This document shows, in pieces, positions 13,597-25,500 of a stretch of DNA of 64,000 nt (positions within the stretch are counted from its first letter, which is position 1; each line of letters opens with the position of its first letter). The notes under the pieces are model-generated. The model searched no databases, was not told where the DNA came from, and saw only the letters and a list, made by a program, of their open reading frames with translations. Origin of the DNA: Ascidiella aspersa (Eukaryota); NCBI GenBank assembly GCA_963924565.1, contig OZ004615.1, positions 15,748,001 to 15,812,000 of the forward strand, given 5' to 3'. The translations under genes were made by a program, and so were the position numbers.

Positions 13597-16500
13597 CTAG
13601 ACGAAATACCCGGCGTTGCCCAGGTGAAATAGAATATTTACCGGTTATTCGTAAGATCTTGGTAAAAGACATAAATAATGGAAACATGTTTTTTTAAATG
13701 TCATATCGGTTAACTATAGCGCACAACACTTGGCTAAGCATGCAATACATATTTTCAGTAACGAAAACCCGTTACGTTTGTCAATTGAGAATAACTCCCA
13801 AACGTAAAACTTTATGTTGCAGCAGCAATTGCTTAGACCTGCTTAATAGCGTTATATTTAAGCAAATACGTAATCCCGGTGCTAAACTGCGTCAAATGTC
13901 AAAAAAACCTCATTGAAAAAAAAAATGAAAAAAATGCTTACTTTTAACTACTGCAATAAACGCAATATTTCGCGAACTCTGATAAGTATTGCGTGGGTAA
14001 ACACATCGCAAGATGTCATTAGGCTTTGTCTTAGTTGGAAACTTTAAAATTTTACTTTTTTACTAAGGAAAATATACTTACTTTTATTGTTTTATTTCCC
14101 GGCAGGTAATTGCGCTTGGAAAAAAGTTTTGCGCGGATACGTTAAACTTGGACTATCTTTTACTTGAACTCTACCTAACACAAAAACTTCTCCTATATTA
14201 AATTTACTAACGCTGGGGCCTATGATACATGCTTAAACACAATCTTGGTAAGTGACAAAATCACATTGTAACATGTTGTAAACCGCATTGAGTGTGACGT
14301 AACATTTCCAGTGTGACGTAACATTGGGTGAACATCTTGCCACACACTTACATCTCACAAACTTTCTCTTTTATTATGTAGGCAAAAACTATATTAAAGC
14401 CGAAATATTTCTTGACATGCGATACGTTGAAGTAATAATTAGGCTACAGATAATATATATTGATAGTAACCATTTATTTTGTGGTTGATTGTCCAGATTA
14501 TCGGCAACATCTTATCGTATGTGGTGTTGTACGGCGGCCGACACTTGAATGTCAACACAACAAAACCAACCACAGACCTTTACAGCAACCTTTCGATGTG
14601 CGGCAGCCGCTACTGTTATGTAAGTGGGCCTACAAAGATCAGAGTAAGATTGACAGTGGAGAGGGTGTCTACGTAAACAAGGGCTTAATCATTTTTTCAC
14701 AAAGTAAGGCATGGGTGCAGATTTCAACTGAATTGAAAAACGATGTATAATTACCCTTCATTAAACGATCCCCATGGGTTTGACGGTAGGTTACTGAAGG
14801 TGCAATCCGATTCTAAATGCGGGGTTTTCTTTTTCGTTGCGATACTATTAAATCCTATAGAATGCTCAAATGGGTTGGTCCTTTGTTCTTATGCAAATGC
14901 AGCATAATAGTATAAAATTACTATATCATCATAAAAGAGCCAAAAAGGTCGAGTAGATCGACATCCTTTTATTATTTAAGACGTTTCGATACGAGCTTGC
15001 ATCATCCACATTAACTGAAGATGATACAAGCTCGCATCGAAACGTCTTATTGATTAAGATGATGTCGATCTACTCGACCTTTTTGGCTTTGCAATTTATT
15101 ACCAAGCTACATTACCGGTCCGTGCATAGTGTACCCAAGAACAAAAAAACATAGGAAAACGTTTACTTGTGTCCGCCAGGATTCACACCATCAAACTAGC
15201 GCTAAGAACAAATATGTGCCGCAAAGTCGCTGGTCGATTCTACTGCTGGTCGGCATCTACGCTCTCATGCAAGTCGCCAGTTTCGCCATCCACTCATTTT
15301 CTCTAAAGAAAATTGTCACCGACGACGATAACCCAGGTGATTATGCCACACGCCGTCCGTTAATAGCCATGCCTGAATTTACGTGTGGGTCGACCTCATT
15401 GTTTAGATCAGTGTTTCTTAATCAGGTGAATACATTTTTTGCAGGGGTGAACCAACCAAAAGGGGCGAATAAGGGTGAACTGTCAGAGATGGATGATAGC
15501 TTGCGAGCAGGGCGGATATTCCGGATGCTGTTATATATAGACGAGATAGTTTTATCGTATTATGAGACAAGGGTGAATGAAATCTGGAGATAGATGCTAT
15601 AGGGGTGAACAAAACTAAAAAAAGTTTAAGGAGCACTGGTTTTCATCTTGGTGAAGACAACACTAAAAGTTTTGGGAAAATTGTTTGCTAGCTCGTTTAA
15701 CTATCGGATCTGTGAAGTAACTGGGAAGCAAACGATAACTAAATCACAATGAAATATTGTGGTACATTGTGGCACAATAAGTATACATTTTTGTGATAAA
15801 CGTGAGCAAACCAAAAACGGCTATATTTGCAGAACGCCGACCGCTACATCTACTGATATCATCAATCAAGACGACTTTCCGCCATATTCTCTCTCTTGAC
15901 AACCTTCTATTAATGCCAGTGGGTTTCTACTACGGTGGAGTTGTGTCATACGCAGCTTCCAATTTTACTATGGCGTTTGTTTCCTGCACGACTGGAGTGC
16001 AGCAGGTACATTTTTGAAAACGTAAAGTATTGATTCAAAGCAGGGCTGCAGAGTCGGTTACAAATAACCCGAGTCCGAGTTCGGCCAAACAAATAAACCA
16101 GAGTCTGACTCCCGAGTCCCGAGTCCCGAGTCCGACTCCGCTCAAATGTGCGACTTCATCGAGCACCGAGTCCGGCCCAGACTATACAGCCTGCGTATTC
16201 CACCAATTTACGTAACTAAAGTGATGTGGATAGTCAGCAATCCAGTTATAGGGGTGTCGTATAATTCATTCACTCACAATACATGGTTGGAAAATATTCC
16301 ACCACATTATATTCATTTTGGGGGTATTGCGCATGCGCATGTCGGACTCAGGACTGGGGTAGTTTTCCGTGGTCTTACTCGAGTCCCGAGACCCGAGTCC
16401 GACTCTGACTCCGCATCCCTGATTCAAAGACATAAACTTTCAAATAAAAGTTGTAATTCGTTTTCTCAAAACTACCACGACATTCGCAAAACAGATCATT

Positions 16501-17983
16501 ATTTCAAATGTTATTACGTTCAAATCCTTACCCAAACTTCGCCCCTGTTACATGTGTTACTATGAGGGACACTACAAAAACGTTATAGTGCTGGACTTAT
16601 CTTTCTTCTTAGCCGTGTGTTATACCTAATGCCTGGAAAATATCTTGCTAGAGAAAAAAAAAAAAAAAAAAAAAAAACGTTAATTGGACATTCTCGTGTG
16701 ACCCGTAACGTACAGCGCTGATAGACTATAGCTACCAGCAAAACGTTTTGTAATACACTCCCCCAAGGTATAATAAGGTTGCACATCCTGTCAAATAAAC
16801 ATCTTCCAATCTTTCACCGAAAGTTACACAACAACAAATCGTTAATTAGCCCACAATACTGTTTTAGGGCACAACCGCTAGTCGTTAATTAACGAATGTT
16901 GTAATCTCGTATAGGGATGTACCTTCACGCAGTTCCTTCTGTAGACTATACTTGCAACAAAATTTAAGGAAGCATTACTTCAGAGATGTAATATTAATAT
17001 TGACTATATGGCTAAAGGGTGTTTGGTATTTGTGTCTCGGTTTTCTGCCGTGAAAATTATATTTATTAGCCTTCGATGTTACTTGAAATATTTGTCCCAA
17101 GATCGGATGTTTCACCAATCTTAAAGTAAGTAAAAGTAATTTATTTGTTGTATCACGATTCAAATAGCGTCACAAATCTTACACGTAGTTATAGGACTTC
17201 TCGGGAATGCTGTATTGGGGAAGTTAGGCAAGATTGATGTTTGAAAATCGTACATACAACTACATATTTTGTTGTTTACGCCCAAGGTTGGACTTGTAAT
17301 GTGCTTCTACGGCGTTTCAAACGTCTCGGCAGCCTTCGCCGTTGGTCGGTTGGCTCATCGCTTCGGGATTGTGCCAGTTGTGACAATTGGATTTGCCCTT
17401 GACTTGTCGGATTGGCTGACTCAGCTGTTTTGGATGCCCACCCTGGTATCCAGGTACTACTGGACTTACGTCATCGCAAGTATGCTAGGAGCATCGGACG
17501 GCATTTGGCAAACAACAGCGTCCGGTGAGTTTTTATTTTACTAAATTCAAAGTGAATAACCACCATGAAAATGTGATAGTGTGTAAAAAGAAAACAGTAA
17601 TAACTTGTATTTGAAATACACGTTAAGTAAATAGATGTGAATTGAGTAGAATATACAGGTTTAAATTACCACGTCCATCTATTACCCGTTACGTTTTTTA
17701 CATTCCCTAACTTTTGTGCGCAGCAATTACGGCACTCTTTTACGCCGACCGCGCTGAGACTGCCTTTGCGTCACTCAGCCTCTATACAGTGCTTGGCCTT
17801 TTCTTCGGGTTTTTCCTCAGCGGCAGGATCTGCGTTCGGACGCAGATCTTCCTGATGATCGGCAACCTCGCGCTGGTCGCAATTGGATATGCTGTAGCCG
17901 AAGCTCGCAGAAGGAGAAGAAAGTCTTCTGATGCCGAGAAACAAAAATTGATGCCAAACAATCAGGAAAAAGATGCGAACTGA
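12795..17983 (+). CDS. UNC-93-like MFS membrane protein, paralog B (8 coding exons, 475 aa)
   Basis: Exons 12795-12876, 12938-13132, 13258-13457, 14497-14619, 15180-15336, 15833-16005, 17287-17524, 17724-17983. Exon sizes and phases match paralog A except exon 5 (+3 nt) and a longer C-terminus; 1428 nt open frame. Confidence 0.9.
13596..14381. mobile_element. Helentron/DINE-1-like non-autonomous element in intron 3 of paralog B
   Basis: Begins ACTAG...acccggcgttgcccagg after a (TA)n tract and ends acaaactttctcttttattatgtag, resembling HINE/DINE-1 termini. Absent from the short homologous intron of paralog A. Confidence 0.5.
14939..15139. repeat. Fold-back repeat containing a minimal hammerhead (Penelope pLTR-like family)
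   Basis: 14939-15006 is an imperfect reverse complement of ~15020-15088; the same family occurs at 35886-36078. Confidence 0.75.
15012..15049 (+). ncRNA. Minimal type I hammerhead ribozyme motif
   Basis: taa-CTGAAGA-t-GAT(acaagctcgc)ATC-GAAA-cg-TC-tta: conserved core, stem II GAT/ATC, palindromic ACGT stem III, GUC cleavage triplet, short stem I. Confidence 0.7.
16041..16421. mobile_element. hAT MITE (GAGTCC-rich family)
   Basis: TIRs CAGGGCTGCAGAGTC...GACTCCGCATCCCTG; perfect 8-bp TSD ATTCAAAG; internal ccgagt/gactc subterminal repeats. Confidence 0.9.
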
Positions 17984-20692
17984 TTGTTTTGTGGAATTGG
18001 TAACAAATTATGTTTGAGCAACACAAAAACGTTTTTGTTTTAAATGGCATGATATAGTCATGATTCGTTGTCTCATGTTGCATTAAGTGAAGGTGTTAAA
18101 ACATTCTGACCGTTTGGATGATTAAAGTGCTAATTCTGTATTACAAGCCTGTCACACATTGTTTAACTAAGCGTTCAAAGAGCTAATTAGCATGCTGCCC
18201 ATGAAACTTGTCTTGAACGGAAAATCGGGTTCTAAAGCATTACAGGAAAATCTTTCTGCAATTACATTGTAATGACACGAAAAGGGAACACACACTTTAC
18301 GAACTATAAAAAGTAACAATTTCTCTGGCGGAACTATTTGTAGTGTCATAGTATTGAAAGTAGATTATGAAGCCAAATTAGCTTAAATATGTACGACGTA
18401 ACGATTAAAAATTGTCTAAATATGTTATAAATTTATAGGAATATCAAAGTAGGCCTAAATACTGCTATAAATAGGCGCCGCTGTTTTGACGGCGGACTGT
18501 TTGCTCTTGTTTGGGTTAGAAATAATGGGTGGGGTTAGTGTTGAAATTATACGGGAAGTAAGTGTTTTTTATTTCTAGATGTTGTTGTTATTATGTGGCC
18601 CGAAAAAAAATTTTTTTTTGGACACATGTTGTTTTTGTCCGAATTATTTTTTATTTTTTATTTTTTTTTTATTTTTTATTTTTTCAGTAAATTTTTTATG
18701 GCTCACTTTTGACAAGGAAAAAAACATAGTTGGAACATGAAATTTTCATAACTGTTAAATAACCTCCCAAAGTTGTTTTTAATATAAAAAAAAATTGCCT
18801 AGGTTCTAAGGGGTGGTTTTTAGGGGGGTAAAACTGTCATTTTTTGTTAATTTTGGTTTTCGGCACTTTTCAGAGATGAAAAAATGTAAAAAAAATCTGA
18901 TATATTTATGGATGATGGATACATGACATATACAATGCTAAGTAACAAAATGTTAAACATTAGACCTGAACTGTTTATCCGGGGGGTCAAAATGCACAAC
19001 ACTTTAGGAAATTTCACTGATATATTTACACTAGAAGGAAATGACATAAAAATCTGAAAATTTCACAAATGTTAGAGAACCATTTAAAGCTGATGTTAAA
19101 ATAAACATTTTACCTCTTGAAAATAGGGGAGTATTTTAGGGGGGCAAAATTAAAATTCGGCCATTTTTGTGTTTAGAGGTGTCTAAAAAACTAAAGAAAA
19201 CATTGTTAAATAGTTTTCAATTATAAAGACAAATTATAGGTTGCTTCACAGCAAAAATATAGAAATTAAAGTGATTTTTTGATGGAAAAAAAATTGCAAA
19301 CAAAGTGGTGTACACTGCCTGGCAGATTTTTTATTTAGACTTGCGGCGGTAAAATATGTTGTTTTGTAAGAGCAATAAGTTAATTCACTAAGACGAGACA
19401 CTTTGCACAATGGATGTTGCACGTGCTGGACAAAAAAAGCACAGCAAGGAGCCAGCCGCTTCGCGGCCAGAATAAGGCAAGCGATATGAACAAATTCTGT
19501 ATTGAAGGTTTTCTGCCGCTAGATTAGAGTAGATAGCTGTAAAGAACTAAATCGAACACATCACACTATTGATTTTTGTCCCCAATTAGAGGCGTATAGG
19601 GGTGCAAGAAAAAATTGTCAAATATTTTTCAATTACAAAGACAAGTTATAGGTTTGCTTCGCAGCCAAATTTATATTAAGACCACTGGCAATCAATCTTG
19701 TAAAAGTGCACCATGTCCAACCTATAACACGCAACTTCGGGCCACATCCGCTTTTGCCTGCTAAAGCACCGAAACTGGAAGCACAACATTGGGAGTATTT
19801 GGACACTGACAAATAAGACCCGTTGAAAAAATATAGAATAACCAAGGAATAACACCCTGGTAAAGTATAGTGGAACTGCGCTATACCCCCCCTGGTATAA
19901 TATAGTAGAACCGCGCTATAACCCCCTAGCAAAATATACAAAAACCGCACACCCTGTCTAGTTCTAAATTCGTTTTTTGTGCTGAGTCCCATATAAGAAT
20001 TATATTTTGGAGGTAAAATGTTATTAAAACGTTCAGTCGATTTCACAAAATTACGTCGTAAAGAAAAACTAAATACTTTAATTTATTACAACAAGAATTT
20101 GTTAAAAAAAACAGCGCAAAAATATAGTGCAACTGCAAGCAAATGATAAACTCAAAGTGGGTTTAAATAAATTCGTTTTCTTGCCCAATCATAGCGACGA
20201 AATGAGGAGGAGCAGGGTCAGTCCGAGGGAAATTTGCAGCCCAAAGGTTTAGTGCTTACCGTTGTACTTCCTATAATAAAAGGTATGCCAAAGTATTTCT
20301 GAAAAACGCATTGTTTATACCGGTTAGACGTAATTGCGTCATGTCTATCAAAGATCAACAAGACTTTGAAACTGGGCAGCCCAATTAAAATTACAATTCT
20401 TATTCCCATTTAGCTTGGGTTCGATTGTCCTTTTTGCTAACTCTAGAATAAACGCAACTTTTTCTATATTTCCTGTCAACGCCACAGGTTGGACCTAACA
20501 AAATGTTAACCTAAAATACAATATTTTTAAAAGCTCAAAATAATTATATATTTGCAAAGAAGAAAGAAGTGGTGTATTATACTCAATATTCAACTGAATA
20601 ATTTTTCGCAATTTCTCCAGGAGTAGCAAAAAAGGTTTAAAAATTGGCACTCTTCATTTTCAAATGACTTGAATTGACTTGAGCCTTTTGAC

Positions 20693-20731
20693 AAAAAAAA
20701 AAAAAAGAAAAAAAAGAAAAAAAAAAAAAAG

Positions 20732-20758
<27 letters not shown>
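20693..20758. repeat. Poly(A)-rich low-complexity tract
   Basis: About 65 nt of A interrupted by a few G. Confidence 0.9.
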
Positions 20759-20762
<4 letters not shown>

Positions 20763-21674
20763 ATGGGACTTTTGTTTACAATACTGCTTATAAGAGAAAT
20801 TCCTGCTTTAGAACTACGTTATAAAAGACTTCCCGCTTTAAAAAACATTAAAAGACTAAAATTAACTAGGATTTACGATACTTCGTTATGACATTCCAAC
20901 ATCATCGCGTAAACAAAGCTGTAGTACCATAACAAATAGCAAATTACTAAAACAATATAGTCGATTAAGATTCAGTCATAAGGACGACGATAGATGTGAA
21001 AGTGTATAATATGGAACGAATGGACTTATTCACAAGATCACTACCGGTAGTCGTTTAGTCAGCTTTTTGTTTGGCTGGATATTAAGCTGTTTATAGACTT
21101 GCGCGGTCTGTTCGCAGACTTTTCCAATGCTCAAAGAAAGTTTAACAATGGGCATGAATATGCTCCGCTGCGTGTTGATACGTCACGTTAAATTCTAATT
21201 TTTGCATGGCTTTGTTTGCGATTTAACTTCTGAATATACTTCAAATTTTGTTAAAATAGACTCGTTTTCAATATTTCCGTATTCCTAATGTCAGACAAAA
21301 GGAGTTCTTTTTTATATTGCGGGTGCCTTCGGAAAGACTACTGTCGCACTCAGATGACCTATCAGATTGTGGTGCAAGTAAGCCAGGCTAAAATTACGAT
21401 CTGTTCTGGCCTTTTCGAGGCGGCCGCTCTTACAGTTGGTCGAGAAATGACTATAGGTCTGCTGCAACTGGATCAATCGGTAAAGCCACTTGCCCTTTGC
21501 TTGCACCAGAGTCCTGTATTGGCCAAATGATTTAATTAGCGGACTTTACGAGGGCACCTGGTAGATTATTGTGAGTATGCCCTAATTATTGTTTAGTAGT
21601 TCTGCAGCAGGGATAGATCATAGTATATGCTCATGTAGATTGCTCACTAGTGTTATCAATTAAGAGTTCAGCTC

Positions 21675-22517
21675 CTAACCCAAAAGAGGAACATCGTCGG
21701 AACCGTCAACATGAAGGGATGAAGAATTCGACTGTTCTTCGGGCGGCGTTTCGATTAAATGTTTTGCTTGCCCGGCAAGTTTGTACAGACGATCCAACAG
21801 TTCTCTGTCGTTCATAGAAAGACAAACCTTACAAAGGAGCAGCGTTCGCGTCGCGCATAAAACTAACACGAACCCCATGGTAATGTTAATGTAGCTGATA
21901 ATTCCGAGTCGCTCGCTATTTTGCAAAACGCAGTCGAAAGTAACATCTTTGAATGCTGTACAAGTGAACACTCCTTCCGTTTCTTCTTCCTTGTGGTTAT
22001 TGACAAACGTTATCATCGTAGCACAGTAAGAAATGCTCGCTATTAAACAGATAATGCTCCTGATGCGATAGGTTCTAACAAATACATGCGATTTTTCCAT
22101 TTCGCCCAGAATCCCTTGCTTCTTTCTTTTGTTCGTGTTATTCGAATCCTTTACCCACTTGTAACTGCGCGCGGCGTTGACCACATGCGGAAAGAACTCC
22201 AAATAGCAGTTGTAAAGGTACATCAGTACGGCATATACCACATTAAGCCACCAAAAGTTTCGAAAATAGTTGAGAGACGGTTGCATGAAACAAACTTGGT
22301 TTACGTACTCCAAGTGGTAGTCCTTGAAACGGGAAATTGTTGAGTTTTCAAATTCTGACTCCACACAAACAAACGAGTCGTCGTCCGAGTGGGTAAAGAA
22401 GTACAGAGATGTGGCGATCAAAATCAGATTGCACGAAAACGAAACTTTTTCCCACCATGGCTTCAAATCGTTCTCTTTAAACAAATCCGATGAAGGCAGA
22501 ATGTGTTCCAAAGACAT
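21675..22517 (-). CDS. LRRC8/pannexin-like 4-TM large-pore channel domain protein lacking LRRs (intronless CDS, 280 aa)
   Basis: LKPWWE (cf. LRRC8 LKPWWD) before TM1. YVNQVCF...YFRNFWWLNVVYAVLMY...FFP matches LRRC8 YVDAVCY...FAKYFPYLVLLHTLIF...KFP. MEKSHVFVRTYRIRSII matches VEEGDIVYRLYMRQTII. Two Cys in each extracellular loop; four hydrophobic segments. Confidence 0.8.
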   Translation of the reverse strand: MSLEHILPSSDLFKENDLKPWWEKVSFSCNLILIATSLYFFTHSDDDSFVCVESEFENSTISRFKDYHLEYVNQVCFMQPSLNYFRNFWWLNVVYAVLMYLYNCYLEFFPHVVNAARSYKWVKDSNNTNKRKKQGILGEMEKSHVFVRTYRIRSIICLIASISYCATMITFVNNHKEEETEGVFTCTAFKDVTFDCVLQNSERLGIISYINITMGFVLVLCATRTLLLCKVCLSMNDRELLDRLYKLAGQAKHLIETPPEEQSNSSSLHVDGSDDVPLLG

Positions 22518-25500
22518 GTTAACAGTAATGCTTAAGATTTCACCCAGAAAAAACCTTTGTTCTACAAAAACACAACCTTTAGATTTGTTAATCTATCTTT
22601 GTGTGGCAAGAGTTGAAGTTGCGTTTAACATCCAAGCCTTTGGTCAAGGGTACAGCTGGTTTACTTATCTGTCAAACATCATGGAAAAAAGCACTGTAAT
22701 CCTAATTCCTCTAAATCTGAGTGGTGACGTCTTTTGCCTGGAAATGGATTATTTATGTAAATGACACTAAATTAAATCAAAATTTAGGAAACATACACTT
22801 CGAATCGAAAGTGTGTGGAATTAGATATATTTTTTTATAATTCCGTTTTGACCAACAAACAAAATGTTACTTAAAATAATTTTCTCAGCTCAAAAATCAT
22901 TGTTCATTTATTAACAATACCTTTAAAAATTGCAAACAATTTTAATAATTCTTTATAAAAGTTTTATTTTAGGAAAATTTTCATTTTGCAAATCAATTAA
23001 TCAATAAAAAAATATGCGTAATTCAGTATAAACTAATTAGTTTCATACGTATAAAACTATACTAAAAGACCTCGTCTACGTGTATATTCCAAAAAAACAT
23101 GATTAACAAGTTATTTTTGCGAGACTTAGCCACCACTTGTACAAATTTAGTTGTGAAGAAATTTGTACACTTTTATGAAGATATTTAGAGCAAATATAGA
23201 ACGAACATTAAAGTTATAGCAACGTCAATAAGGGTGTATGCCAGAATATAGACGGACGGTCTTCGCAGAAATACTCTCCGCTAAGTTTGGTGCAGTAACT
23301 TGTTATGTTTTGTCAAATAGATTAAAATCAACCAAGGTAAATGTGTCGCGGCTTCTACGCTAACTTTAACTGTACACATACCTTATTACACGTTTGCGTT
23401 AGGTTAACATTGTTTACTGACAAACATAGGGTTCTCGTCTCCGGACCACCTGACTACCGGCTGTGTTGGAACCAATTAAAAAAAAAGTAATTTAAATTCG
23501 CACCTATATATTCGTTTTTCAGCCCAAATATCGTTTATTGAAGCATAACGTCCATTTAAAGGCTACTTCATATTATACCGCTACCGATACTTTTCACAAC
23601 TTACTCTAACTTGTTTTTATGGTCTCATACACATACCAAGGTAAAATTTGTTACTAAAACGCCTTCAGGCAATTGAGAAAAAACAACGATGTGCGACAAA
23701 GGCGTCATACCAAACTTTACAGATTATATTGGTTCAATATATAGATCTTGTATAAACCTTTTCGTGAGTCGACATTGGCTTCGCTTGTCTATAGAGAAAA
23801 AACGATTACTGATGAGTAAACAACAAGACGTCACTTTCGCGTGATACTATTTCAGCCGTCACGAGGCTATGCGATGTAATTTGTCAATAACACGTTGGTA
23901 TTCGTTAAACGCTAGATAAATCTTATTCATGAAGTTTAACCAACTTTTATTTCTCGTACGCTTTTTTTGTAATATATGCATTGTGTTGGATTATAACGTG
24001 GTCAGCTGGTTATGTTTTGTCATCTCACAAGCTTACCTTAACCAAACTTCTGAAGCTACCCTTAACCAAACTTTCTGACTATTTATGCCGACGCATATAA
24101 TTATAAACGTTCACTTTGTTTCAGGAAACATTTGCAGTTCCAACTATCACGTTGAGGGTTTCAACGGTCATATTTCCGTAGTCTCTGTTTTCTGCTGTGT
24201 GGGGTATCTGTTATCTCGAATATATTGTATAATCAATAATTCTTAACTGTAGCAGGCACTTCTGATAAACTCAGCTGTATATCAAACTAGATCTGTACGC
24301 TTAGTTGCCTGTAGCGTTTGTATTTAAACTTACTTATAGAAGAACGCGTTAGTTAGTACGATTAAGACTTTGATGAATGGTTGCTTGATTGGAAATGCTT
24401 ATCTCAAGTTACAAAACTCTCGTAGGCAGAGCAGAGCTACTACGACTGTTGACTGGTCACCGTACCGCGACGCGTGCAGTCGACTGTAACGTTCTCCTTT
24501 TTTCACTTTATTTTATAGGCGCGGAAATAGAAACCTAGAAACCTGATTAATTTATTGCCCTAAGTAAACAAACAAACATTTTAGGTGTTCTGCAACGACT
24601 CCAGCCATAAGACCTAGATCAGAACAACATCAACGTCGGAATAAAACACAGTTCGGTATTAGACCAAAATAGGACTATTAATATCTAAAGGTCGTAGGAC
24701 TGTCTAAATCGCAATAAGTCCTAAATCCGTCGGAATAAGACCTAAATGGTCAGAATCAGGCCTAAGCGATACTTTCTACCCAAAACTCTACCCCTAAAGA
24801 CATCACTAACTCCCCTAAAAATTTTAACACTAACCCATTTTCTAACCCAAACCTTACCCACTAATAACCACAACTAGGGCCAAAAATGAGCTATATATCA
24901 ACATGGCAAATAGAAGCTGCACAAGATGTTAATAACTTCCTTTTAGATAATATTAGGTGCTGGTATTAACACCTGTCCTAGTCATTCAGATTTTACACCC
25001 AAAATAAAAATAAGAGTTGAAAGCTTTTCGAATTGCTAAGCATTAGCTTATAAACTTGCAAAAGCAAGGTCCGAAACATTGGGAAAAATACAGGAAGGTC
25101 TTAAAAAATCCTTATACAATAGGTCTGTTATTAATTTCATGTTTACAAGTGATGGTAAACTAGATTATGTTTACCCAAATGTTAATTCTCAACTATTTCT
25201 TCCCAGTTTGGGCGTAAAGTTACTATATATATGAGTGTGAATGTATGGGTTCGCTTTTTCTTTTTACCTTTTTCTACAGAGAAACCCTCAAAAAGCCAAA
25301 TAGGCATTTATAGGTCTGAGAACAATAGGCCTATATAGGTCTGAGAAGGAAATAGCATACCTCAATTCAGGGATTCTCCAGCATTTTTAAGCTGCGCACA
25401 GTTTCAAATTAACTGCATGTATGGAGTACCGGTATCCCTTGAAAACAATTAAAGTTTTAGGCTGATTAGAGCCTGTGTGCCGACTGTTCCTAAATAATCC

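Noticed and set aside
16030-16565. ORFs with PSPSS/PESRVP repeats
   Set aside because: Translations of the GAGTCC-rich MITE.
21312-21506. Minus-strand 64-aa ORF with LAYLHHNLIGHL, a possible LRR remnant downstream of the LRRC8-like gene
   Set aside because: Single weak match with no repeat periodicity, separated from the CDS by stops and with no convincing splice path.
22086-22764. Plus-strand ORFs of 85 and 146 aa
   Set aside because: Antisense shadows of the LRRC8-like CDS with no recognisable motifs.
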